From Dehalococcoidia bacterium (GTDB lineage: Bacteria > Chloroflexota > Dehalococcoidia > Lucifugimonadales > VXLM01): DNA of 64,000 nucleotides. The notes beneath the pieces were generated by a model. That model searched no databases, had not been told where the DNA came from, and was given only the letters and a program-made list of their open reading frames with translations. Positions within the stretch are counted from its first letter, which is position 1. Each line of letters opens with the position of its first letter. The translations under genes were made by a program, and so were the position numbers. The DNA is taken from assembly GCA_963662435.1 (NCBI GenBank), contig OY759598.1:434001-498000 (forward strand), read 5' to 3'. This document shows positions 55,562 to 64,000 of this stretch, piece after piece.

Positions 55562-57508
55562 TCAGCCGTCGCGGCGATTGACCTCAGCCGCCACCAGCCC
55601 CGTGGACGCGGTATCGTAGCCGCCAAGCGCATCGACCTTCCGCTTGAAATCATCGCTTCTGATCAGCGAAAGGAGCGGCTCGACGAGAGGACTCTCGTAA
55701 TGCTGCATCGGTATCGCAAGGTCGTACCGCTCCGTGGACAGGGGAACGAAGTCCATCCCCAACGCCCTTGCAGCGGACAGGACTCCCGCCCCAACGTCGG
55801 CTGCCCCTCCGGCCACGGCCGCCGCCACGGCCAAATGCGTGAACTCCTCTCGCTCGTACCCCCCAATTCCACTCGGCTCAATACCCCTCTGCCTCAGAAG
55901 ATAGTCCAGCAGCACCCGCGTTCCCGACCCTCGCTGACGGTTCACAAAACGAACGCCCTCACGAGCGAGGTCGTCGAGCGACTCTATCGACAGGGGATTC
56001 CCCGGTGGCACGATGAGTCCCTGTTCACGGTGAACAAGCGTCACGAGCACAACATTCTCATCAGGTACGTATCGACGGACGAACGACACGTTGTACTCAC
56101 CCGTCTCCTCGTCCAGCAAGTGTGTTCCCGCCATGTGCGCCTCGCCCCTTCGGAGAGTCAAAAGCCCCCCAAAGCTCCCCACGTTGGAGGAGGCCAGCGT
56201 AAGGCGCGGATCGGTACGCCTGAGTTCGGACGCGATCAGGTCAATTGTCACGTCATGACTGCCGATGGCGACAATAGTGGTGTCGAGCGTTTCGAGAGGG
56301 CGCAGGAGCTCGACATCCACAGTATCCCCGGCGTCAACCCCCTCGCTGAATCTTGGGACGGTAACGATCCCGTCCGCGCGTACCAGCGACATCACCACTC
56401 CTGCGCCTCGTTGAATCGGCGCGGCAATCGTCCTCTCACCGACTCGCCCTAGCCGTACGCGAAGGTACTCGTCCTCACCCAGCGAGGAGTGGACCTTCCG
56501 GCTCATGATCGCACGTGTCCGCTCGCGCGGAATGCCAACGACCCCCAACATCCGTTCAACCAATGGCCGGAGAAACTTCTCACAGGTGATCGCCGCTGAG
56601 ACCGGGTAACCTGGAATTCCGAGCACCGGCTTCGACTCGACCACGCCCAGTACCAGCGGATGGCCGGGTTTGATGGCTACCCCGTGGACCACCAGGTCTC
56701 CAAGGTGCGACACCACCTTCGATGTGTAGTCCTCGGTCCCCGCCGATGACCCGGCATTCACTACCACGATGTCCGACTCAGCGACCGCCGACATCACCGC
56801 CTCCGCCAAAAGCTCGAAATCGTCGCGCACCGGATCGTGCCGAACTGCAGAGCCTCCCCATTCCTCGACCATCGCCGCAAGCATCAACGAATTGAATTCG
56901 ATGATCTCCCCGCGTTTGGGCGTCCGGCCGATAGGCGTAAGCTCGCTGCCTGTCGGAATGATGGCGACTCGCGGAGACCTGCGTACCTCCACCTCTGACA
57001 ACCCCGCCGCGGCACACGCCGCAAGGTCTTGCGGACGGAGCCTGTGGCTCTGTGGAAGCACCAGCTCCGCCGCCGCGATGTCTTCGCCCAATGCTCGGAC
57101 GTGCCGGTACGGCGAAACTGGGGCGTAGATCTCGATGGTCGACTCGTCCGACTCCTGCACGTCCTCAACCATGATCACGGCGTCCGTGCCCTCAGGCATC
57201 GGGTCTCCCGTGTCCACCCATAGGGCCTCATGCCCGATGGTCAGTTGAAGCGGATTCGTCTCGGTCGCACCTACCGTGACCGCCGCCCGCACCGCAACTC
57301 CGTCCATCGCTGCCGCGTCATAGTGAGGAGACGACCGCACGGCCCAGACCGGTTCCGCGGTGATACTGCCGTTCGCCCGATCGAGAGGAATGGTCTCCGC
57401 TTCCGTCTGCTCTACGGCTCCCGCACGGGCCAGTGCGTCGTCGAATCTCCGGATGGCCTCGTCGAGCGAAATGTCGCTCAGAAAGTAGTCGCGCCCATGC
57501 TTGTTCAT
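55562..57508 (-). CDS. moeA: MoeA fused to a PBP/LysR-type substrate-binding domain
   Basis: AAMDG, PTGSEL, IKPGHP and PGYPVS motifs; C-terminal IGSHD, GSFGGL, NRQRGSGTR. Confidence 0.92.
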   Translation of the reverse strand: MNKHGRDYFLSDISLDEAIRRFDDALARAGAVEQTEAETIPLDRANGSITAEPVWAVRSSPHYDAAAMDGVAVRAAVTVGATETNPLQLTIGHEALWVDTGDPMPEGTDAVIMVEDVQESDESTIEIYAPVSPYRHVRALGEDIAAAELVLPQSHRLRPQDLAACAAAGLSEVEVRRSPRVAIIPTGSELTPIGRTPKRGEIIEFNSLMLAAMVEEWGGSAVRHDPVRDDFELLAEAVMSAVAESDIVVVNAGSSAGTEDYTSKVVSHLGDLVVHGVAIKPGHPLVLGVVESKPVLGIPGYPVSAAITCEKFLRPLVERMLGVVGIPRERTRAIMSRKVHSSLGEDEYLRVRLGRVGERTIAAPIQRGAGVVMSLVRADGIVTVPRFSEGVDAGDTVDVELLRPLETLDTTIVAIGSHDVTIDLIASELRRTDPRLTLASSNVGSFGGLLTLRRGEAHMAGTHLLDEETGEYNVSFVRRYVPDENVVLVTLVHREQGLIVPPGNPLSIESLDDLAREGVRFVNRQRGSGTRVLLDYLLRQRGIEPSGIGGYEREEFTHLAVAAAVAGGAADVGAGVLSAARALGMDFVPLSTERYDLAIPMQHYESPLVEPLLSLIRSDDFKRKVDALGGYDTASTGLVAAEVNRRDG

Positions 57509-57513
57509 AGCCG

Positions 57514-58746
57514 CTAGTATAACCTTACGTAGACCTCGTCGCCCGCATAGAGACCGCCGTCGTCCAGCGGGACGATTACCACGCCGTCCGCCTCCACAAG
57601 GGTGCTGATTAGGCCCGACTTCCCAAACACCGGATTGGCAAACAACCCGTCGTCACGTTCGATGAGCTTGACCTGCACATGGTCTTCCCGCCCCGTCGCC
57701 GACCGGATGTCCTTCGTGAGCCTGGCCTGCACACGCCGGGCAACCGGATGCTCGGCCCGACCCAGGAGCGCCTGGATTACCGGTCGAACGAGTATGCCGA
57801 ATACCACCATCGCCGACACCGGATTGCCCGGCAGTCCAAAGGCCGGGACGCCGTCCAGCATTGCCACTATCGTGGGCTTTCCCGGCTTGTGGGCTATCCC
57901 GTGCACCAGTACGCCCGGCTGCCCCAGCTCGTCCAATACGCGGGCCGTCATATCCCTGCTGCTGACCGAGCTTCCCGCGGAGAATACGAGCATGTCCCCT
58001 TGCTCAAGTCCACTGGCCCCCGCCCTTCTCTGCTCCTCGTAGTCGTCGGAAACGAGACCGATGTGCACCGGCTCGCCTCCCGCCTCTCGCACCATGGACG
58101 CAACCGTGTACGAGTTGATGTCCCGTACCTGTCCGGCTGTCGGCGTAACGCCAGGTGGCACCAACTCATCGCCCGTCGAAACAATCGCTACTCTTGGACG
58201 CGCGGCCACCTTAACCTCGGTGATGCCCAGCCCCGCCAGAAACCCGACATCCTGCGCCCTGACGAGCCGCCCCTTGGACATGACCACGTCCCCGACCTTG
58301 GCGTCTTCTCCAGCCTGGATGACGTTCTCACCCGGCGCTGCAGACCTGAGCACTTCAATTGCGCCTTCCCCGGCACTCTGCGTGTTTTCCACCATAACGA
58401 CGGCGTCGGCGCCGTCGGCAAGCATCCCCCCGGTATAGGCCACCGCCGCCTGACCGGTTGCCAGGGCTACTATAGGGGCCGCTCCCATCGGAACTTCGCC
58501 GACCACTTCGAAGTACGCCGGGAGTGATTCCGACGCGCCGAAGGTGTCGCGCGCCCGCACGGAATAGCCGTCCATCGACGAACGAGGGTAGGGGGGCAGC
58601 TCCTCGGTGGAGACAATGTCCTCAGCCGTAACACGCCCGAGAGCATCGGAAAGGGAAACTACCTCGGACCGAATGGACACCTCCATCCGGTCGAGCAGAG
58701 TCGCGAGGGCCTCGTCGGGAGGAACGACGTTGAAGAACTCACGCAT
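57514..58746 (-). CDS. moeA: Molybdopterin molybdo/tungsto-transferase MoeA
   Basis: SSMDGY, STGDEL, KPGKPT and LPGNPVS motifs. Confidence 0.93.
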   Translation of the reverse strand: MREFFNVVPPDEALATLLDRMEVSIRSEVVSLSDALGRVTAEDIVSTEELPPYPRSSMDGYSVRARDTFGASESLPAYFEVVGEVPMGAAPIVALATGQAAVAYTGGMLADGADAVVMVENTQSAGEGAIEVLRSAAPGENVIQAGEDAKVGDVVMSKGRLVRAQDVGFLAGLGITEVKVAARPRVAIVSTGDELVPPGVTPTAGQVRDINSYTVASMVREAGGEPVHIGLVSDDYEEQRRAGASGLEQGDMLVFSAGSSVSSRDMTARVLDELGQPGVLVHGIAHKPGKPTIVAMLDGVPAFGLPGNPVSAMVVFGILVRPVIQALLGRAEHPVARRVQARLTKDIRSATGREDHVQVKLIERDDGLFANPVFGKSGLISTLVEADGVVIVPLDDGGLYAGDEVYVRLY

Positions 58747-58768
58747 AATCGAGTTTGACGGCCTGTCG

Positions 58769-60391
58769 CTACAGACCCGTGATGTTGCCGTCTTCGTCCA
58801 CGTCGAGCTGCCTCGGACTGCCGGGAAGACCGGGCATGGTGACTATCGTCCCCGATATCGGGTAGATGAATCCCGCGCCCACCGAGGCGCGCACGTCGGA
58901 TACCGTGAACGTGTACCCCGAAGGCCGCCCCTTGCGGAACGGCTTGTCCGAGATGGAAAGGTGCGTCTTCGCCATGCACACCGGGAGGTTGCCCCAGCCC
59001 TGCTTTTCGAAGGCCCTGAGCTTCCTGCGAGCGTCCGGCGCCCAAGTGACTTTGTCCGCGTTGTAGACCTTCTGCGCCAGTGCCATGACCTTGTCCTGGA
59101 TCGATGCTTCAGTCTCATATAGATACTCGATCTTCGGCTTGTCACCGCTGGTCGCCTCGATAACGGCCTCCGCCAGTTCCGTGCCTCCCGCTCCGCCGTC
59201 GCTGAACACGTGGCTTTCCACCGCCGCGAACGCACCCGCCGCCTCTGCACGCTCCTTGACGATCCGTACCTCCTCCACAGAGTCCGTCGGGAAGCGGTTG
59301 ATCGCCACCACCACAGGAAGCCCAAACGACCCGATCATCTCCACGAGATGCTCCACGTTCGCTACTCCGGCCTCGACCGCTTCGGGATTCGGCTCCGGCA
59401 ATTCGTTGAATCGCACCTTGCCGTGCGACTTGACCGCCCTCACAGTCGTAACAATAACCGCGGCGTGCGGTTCGAGATCATTGAACCGCGCCTTGATGTG
59501 CATGAACTTCTCAAATCCAAGATCCGCGCCGAATCCCGCCTCAGTGAGAACGTAGTCCGCGTACCCCAGTGCGAGACGGTCGGCAATTACCGAGTTGCAT
59601 CCGTGCGCGATGTTGCCGAAAGGCCCCGCGTGTACGAATACCGGCTGTCCCTCCGTTGTCTGCACCAGGTTGGGATGAATGGCATGACGCAAAAGGGACA
59701 TCAGCGATCCCACCGCGTCCACGTCGCTCGCGGTGACGGGTTCCCCTTCATCGGTGAATCCCACGATGATCTTGCTCAGGCGAGTCCTCAGGTCTTCGAG
59801 CCCCGATGCGAGCGCCAGGATCGCCATGATCTCCGACGCCGTCACGATGTCGAATCCCGACTCCCGTATCGGGCCGTTGTTTGGCCCGCCGATTCCCGTG
59901 ACAATCTGTCGAAGGGCCCGCTCTTCCACGTCCACTACTCGACGCCACGTGATGTTCTGTGGACCGAATCCCGGAATCTTCCCCCGGTCGGCTACGTTGT
60001 CCACCAGCGCCGATAGGAGATTGTGTGCCGAGGCCACCGCGTGGGCATCTCCCGTAAAGTGAATGTTCACCTCGTCCTGCGGCTCGACGAGCGAAGCGCC
60101 GCCGCCCGTGCCTCCACCCTTGATGCCGAAAATGGGGCCCAGCGATGGTTCCCTCAGTGTGGCCACGGACTTGTGCCCCAGCTGGGCCATCGCCTGTGTT
60201 AGGCCAACCGTCGTGGTCGTCTTGCCCTCGCCCGCCCGCGTGGGAGTCATCCCCGTCATCAGGATCAGCTTGCCCCGCTGACCGTCCTTCTTCGTGGCGT
60301 CGAGGTGTATCTTCGCCTTATAGTGACCGTACGGAATCACATGTTCCGCCGGTATTCCAATTGAGTCGGCTATCTGAGATATGGGCCGCAT
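58769..60391 (-). CDS. fhs: Formate-tetrahydrofolate ligase
   Basis: TPTRAGEGKTT, LREPSLGP, HFTGD, GPFGNIAHG, TEAGFGADLG and TMPGLP motifs. Confidence 0.96.
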   Translation of the reverse strand: MRPISQIADSIGIPAEHVIPYGHYKAKIHLDATKKDGQRGKLILMTGMTPTRAGEGKTTTTVGLTQAMAQLGHKSVATLREPSLGPIFGIKGGGTGGGASLVEPQDEVNIHFTGDAHAVASAHNLLSALVDNVADRGKIPGFGPQNITWRRVVDVEERALRQIVTGIGGPNNGPIRESGFDIVTASEIMAILALASGLEDLRTRLSKIIVGFTDEGEPVTASDVDAVGSLMSLLRHAIHPNLVQTTEGQPVFVHAGPFGNIAHGCNSVIADRLALGYADYVLTEAGFGADLGFEKFMHIKARFNDLEPHAAVIVTTVRAVKSHGKVRFNELPEPNPEAVEAGVANVEHLVEMIGSFGLPVVVAINRFPTDSVEEVRIVKERAEAAGAFAAVESHVFSDGGAGGTELAEAVIEATSGDKPKIEYLYETEASIQDKVMALAQKVYNADKVTWAPDARRKLRAFEKQGWGNLPVCMAKTHLSISDKPFRKGRPSGYTFTVSDVRASVGAGFIYPISGTIVTMPGLPGSPRQLDVDEDGNITGL

Positions 60392-60465
60392 TGTCAGTCC
60401 TTTCGATCACCGCTTACAGGGAAGCTATGTGGTTGGATTTTATCATACCCAACTTGGATTCAAGG

Positions 60466-61794
60466 CTACTGAGTGGTTCGCAGTCGTTTGTTCATAACGA
60501 GGACTACGAGTGTGATGGCCACAATCAAAACGCCCATGCACGTGAACGATGCCCGTGGACCGAACTGCTCGGCTATGATGCTGATGGGTAGAATTCCGAG
60601 CGGCATCAACCCGAAGTTCATCATCCAAACGCTCATTACCCTGCCTCGATAGTCTGCATCCATGTTCTCCATGACGAGCGTCTGGTTCAGGGAGCGGTTC
60701 GCCGAATCTCCGAGGCCCATCAGCAGCATGAACGGGGCTGCGACGAAGAATACGGGAATGGCCGAGGTAAATATCAGCGCCAGTCCTGCCGCGAGACCTC
60801 CACCGAGCAGCAGGAGACCGCGGTGCCACTTCGTGATTGACGCGATCACCAGCGAGCCCGCGAGCGATCCTATTCCCACGATGCTCATCAGCAGCCCCAA
60901 CGCGTCCGGCCCGCGCCCGTACACTTCCACCACGTAGACCGGCAAGAGAAATCTGTACGGCATCACGATCAGTACCATGCTCAACCCGAACACGAGTAGT
61001 GTCAGTATGAAGGGGCTGCGCATGAGGTACTGGATGCCATCCTTTATGTCATGCAGCATCGGTGGCTTCTTGCCTGTGCGTTCCAGTGGCGTGCGTGGGA
61101 TGCTAGTCGTCAGCAGCACCGCAATCACCGACATGCCCGCGATGACGAAGTAGACCCCCTCAGGACCAATCCTGCCGTACAGCACACCGGCGATGGAGGG
61201 CGCCACGGCAGCTGTCCCGCTCATGGCGGAGGCCGTCAGCGCAATCGCGTTCCCGAGATTTCGGGTTCCTACCAGCTGCGGCACGAAAGCCTGCCGCGCG
61301 GGGGCGAGAAACGACCACATGACGCCCTGCACGATCCCTGCCATGAGGAGGTGGAACCACTCAACGAGACCGAGCAATACACCCATTCCCACGGAAAAAG
61401 CAAGCACCACGCTTACGGACTGTCCAATTTGGATCACCCGCCGACGCTCAACCCTGTCGGCGATCGCGCCTCCAAACAGGGCGAAGACGAGCACCGCGAC
61501 GCTGCCGCCCGCGCTGACGATTCCAACCAGGGTTGCCGACTGCGTCAACTCGTACGTGAGGTACCCTCGCACGAGCATCTGCATCTGGGTGGCTCCCATC
61601 AGGAAGACCGTTCCTAGCCACAGCCGGAAGAAGTGACGGTTCTCGAACGAACGCAAAATGGAGGGCAGATTTGCCGTCGTGGGCCGCCGGGGAGAGGATG
61701 ACGACTCTTGTTGAGGAGAACCGTCGTTTGTCGATGGGTTGGAGGGACTACCGTCCGAGTCGGATGTTGAGGAAGAGCCGGAACCGGTGTCCAT
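60466..61794 (-). CDS. MFS transporter
   Basis: About 12 TM helices; GGAIADRVERRR and YRGRVMS motifs. Confidence 0.9.
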   Translation of the reverse strand: MDTGSGSSSTSDSDGSPSNPSTNDGSPQQESSSSPRRPTTANLPSILRSFENRHFFRLWLGTVFLMGATQMQMLVRGYLTYELTQSATLVGIVSAGGSVAVLVFALFGGAIADRVERRRVIQIGQSVSVVLAFSVGMGVLLGLVEWFHLLMAGIVQGVMWSFLAPARQAFVPQLVGTRNLGNAIALTASAMSGTAAVAPSIAGVLYGRIGPEGVYFVIAGMSVIAVLLTTSIPRTPLERTGKKPPMLHDIKDGIQYLMRSPFILTLLVFGLSMVLIVMPYRFLLPVYVVEVYGRGPDALGLLMSIVGIGSLAGSLVIASITKWHRGLLLLGGGLAAGLALIFTSAIPVFFVAAPFMLLMGLGDSANRSLNQTLVMENMDADYRGRVMSVWMMNFGLMPLGILPISIIAEQFGPRASFTCMGVLIVAITLVVLVMNKRLRTTQ

Positions 61795-62009
61795 AGCCCA
61801 AGTCTACGCCGAATTGACTCGCAAATGAACCCGACGACGGGTCAGCTTGCGCCGACTTTAGCTCCGAAGAGCCCCTTAGCTAACCGTCATTCCGGCGGAG
61901 GCCGGAACCCAGGGAATTCGGTCAGCGACCAAACCTAGAAGTCTATTCCGATTACCCCCCAAACGTCTCCCACCACTCCCTCATAGAGCGCGCTTTCTGT
62001 TGTGGCCCA

Positions 62010-62795
62010 TTAGGCAAGAACCGCACGCAATCCCGAGGCACGATCGTTCAGCCACTGGTAGATCATGAAGATATCCGTCCCAATGGCGAAGTGAGTCACG
62101 CCAATCTCTAGATAGTCATCAGCCTGTGCCGGTTCATTGATCTCTGCCCTCGGCTGTATGCCCTTCGAAAGCGCTACCGTGAATATGTGGTCGCGCACCT
62201 CTTTGAGTTCCTCGGGACTGACTCCTCGAGGTCTTCCTACGCTCATCGAGTAGTCATTCCCTCCGAAGACGATCATGTCCACGCCCGGCACCGACAAGAT
62301 CTCCTCGATGTTCTTCACCGCCTCGTCCTTCTCAATCATCAGCGCCACAATCGAGTCCTCGAGCGCTTGCACGTACTCCGGCGAGCCGCTTTCCAGTCCA
62401 TAGCTGGCAAACCGCCGGTCAGCCGATCCGAAGTGCCCTCCGGTCTGCGGCGACTCCGCCCTTACAATTGCCACGCACTCCTCCGCTTCCGCCGCGTCAT
62501 GCACATCCGAAAACAGCACGTTCTGAAATCCCGATCCCACTGCCCGCTGCGCCACCCACCCGCGGTTCTCCCGGTCAACCTTGATCATCCCCGTCATCCC
62601 GCCAAGCTCTAGCGCCCGCCCAAAATTGTCCAACTCCGTCAACGAGTACGGCGCATACTCCGCAACGAACTCTATGTAATCAATCAGCCCCGTCTTGCCG
62701 ATCATCTCCACAATGTCCGGCGACGTCGTCATCACGTGCGTCCCCACACTCGGCTTCCCCGCCCTCAAAAGTTCCCTCAACTTATTCGGTCGCAT
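62010..62795 (-). CDS. HpcH/HpaI aldolase family protein
   Basis: MRPNKLRELL..GKP.VG, MIE and GGNDYSMS motifs. Confidence 0.85.
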   Translation of the reverse strand: MRPNKLRELLRAGKPSVGTHVMTTSPDIVEMIGKTGLIDYIEFVAEYAPYSLTELDNFGRALELGGMTGMIKVDRENRGWVAQRAVGSGFQNVLFSDVHDAAEAEECVAIVRAESPQTGGHFGSADRRFASYGLESGSPEYVQALEDSIVALMIEKDEAVKNIEEILSVPGVDMIVFGGNDYSMSVGRPRGVSPEELKEVRDHIFTVALSKGIQPRAEINEPAQADDYLEIGVTHFAIGTDIFMIYQWLNDRASGLRAVLA

Positions 62796-62940
62796 GTATT
62801 CTCCTCTAGTGTTTGGCGATCAGCACATAACTATCCCAGAATAGACTCCGGGTTGGCAATGAGTACTCAAGCTCCGTTCATGCTGAGCCTGTCGAAGCAT
62901 GAATGGACTGGGATGACTCGGCTTTTGTGTTTCATTCCTC

Positions 62941-64000
62941 TCATTCTGTCTCCGTCGGAGTGTATGTGTCGGGAGGCGTGATACCGTGAAAGATGGAATA
63001 CTGGGAAATCACCAGCTTGCCCGGCCCTGGGCCAATTGTACATATGTCAGGTCTCACACCGGAGATGATCGGGCAGGATTTGGAAGTTGCGACGTTTTCA
63101 CTATGGATGGTGCCCCATACTATGAACGAGTAGACGCCATTGCCAAGCTTTTCCAACAGATCACTTAGGTCGGCCTTGACCATGAAATGTTCATCGTTGG
63201 CTGACCATTCCGACGCTGTGATCCATGGCACTGAAGTTGTGACACTAGATGGACTGGAAGATGCCGCCACCATCCGCCGCCATAGTTCATTGGCATCAGC
63301 ATGTGAACGTGGTGGTAGGGCATCTGCCGTAACGTCGTAGGGACTGGGACAGGATTCAAAGACTGCCGTATACCTTTGTTCTCGCCAATGCCATCCCTCG
63401 GACAACGGCCATCTCAGCGAGGCTACCCGTTTACCGTGATCGTAACAATAGGTGCGAGCAGTCTGTCCAGAGGTGAGCAAGTGTGGCGGGGGATCGAAGT
63501 ATATCTGAACATCCAAGTCGCTATCCACTCCAAAAGTTACCCCATTCTTCACCGTCCCAGACATAGCAAGGACACCGTTCTCTATGGTGGGAAGTAGTGT
63601 GTATTTAATATAGTCGCCTTCGAAATGCTGTACGGCAAAAAGGTTAAATTGATCCCACGCTATTCCAATGTTCACCCTCTTATGTCCTCGATCAAGAATG
63701 TTTCTCCGGTGGTCCGTGCTTTCCATCCACTTGACAATTCCCTCGCGAATTTCCTCATTTATGCTTGCGATGGCGCGGTAGCCGTCAGATGCGGTGATGC
63801 AGTAGCTACTCCCAAGTCCATTCTCTCCATTCGATTGGTAGCCTCCCGCCAAGCTATATCGCATGTATGGTTTCAGACCATCAACTCCCCAATGTGATGA
63901 GACGCAGTTGTCTAGCGATGTCTCGGCATGCAACTGAGCGGCAATGTTTTCACCCAATATGACCGGGGCTGCGCCGACCTCTTCACGTTCGAGGTTGATG
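62941..64000 (-). CDS. CAP/SCP-domain protein (5' end outside window)
   Basis: INLERE..G, AAQLHAE, SHWG, GENG and WMESTDHRRNILD motifs; frame open to the window edge. Confidence 0.85.
   Translation of the reverse strand, partial: INLEREEVGAAPVILGENIAAQLHAETSLDNCVSSHWGVDGLKPYMRYSLAGGYQSNGENGLGSSYCITASDGYRAIASINEEIREGIVKWMESTDHRRNILDRGHKRVNIGIAWDQFNLFAVQHFEGDYIKYTLLPTIENGVLAMSGTVKNGVTFGVDSDLDVQIYFDPPPHLLTSGQTARTYCYDHGKRVASLRWPLSEGWHWREQRYTAVFESCPSPYDVTADALPPRSHADANELWRRMVAASSSPSSVTTSVPWITASEWSANDEHFMVKADLSDLLEKLGNGVYSFIVWGTIHSENVATSKSCPIISGVRPDICTIGPGPGKLVISQYSIFHGITPPDTYTPTETE

Noticed and set aside
60392..60465. THF/ZTP/Moco/Wco riboswitch upstream of fhs or the aor/fdh genes
   Set aside because: The intergenic space is short and no consensus elements were recognisable

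Overview
A 64-kb stretch of GC-rich bacterial chromosome. Gene content suggests Chloroflexota, probably Dehalococcoidia/SAR202-like (inference). Core genes: coaX, coaBC, glyQS, pncB-pncA, folP-folK, mdh, an isocitrate dehydrogenase-family gene, rsfS, ndk, tsaB, tsaE and a siroheme sulfite/nitrite reductase. Larger clusters: a transcarboxylase-like carboxyltransferase set, and a C1/tungsten-type set (fhs, two moeA, mobA, moaD, aor, and NAD-linked formate dehydrogenase gamma/beta/alpha). Accessory content: three toxin-antitoxin-like pairs, an ABC exporter, TPR/NHL/CAP proteins, a MalT-like LuxR regulator and one intact IS1182-family element. No rRNA, tRNA or CRISPR array was seen. The most notable signals are non-coding. 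(1) An apparently complete cysteine-sensing ribosome-stalling attenuator upstream of the sulfite reductase: promoter, 18-aa Cys-Ala-Cys-Met leader, antiterminator and terminator. (2) Co-oriented REP-like palindromes that sit inside MITE shells and are targeted by the IS1182 element and by a 290-bp MITE, with empty sites present in the same window. (3) Promoters with LexA-like boxes in front of a structured RNA/VOC gene and a small gene with an in-frame TGA. All product calls come from motif recognition by eye; no database searches were run.
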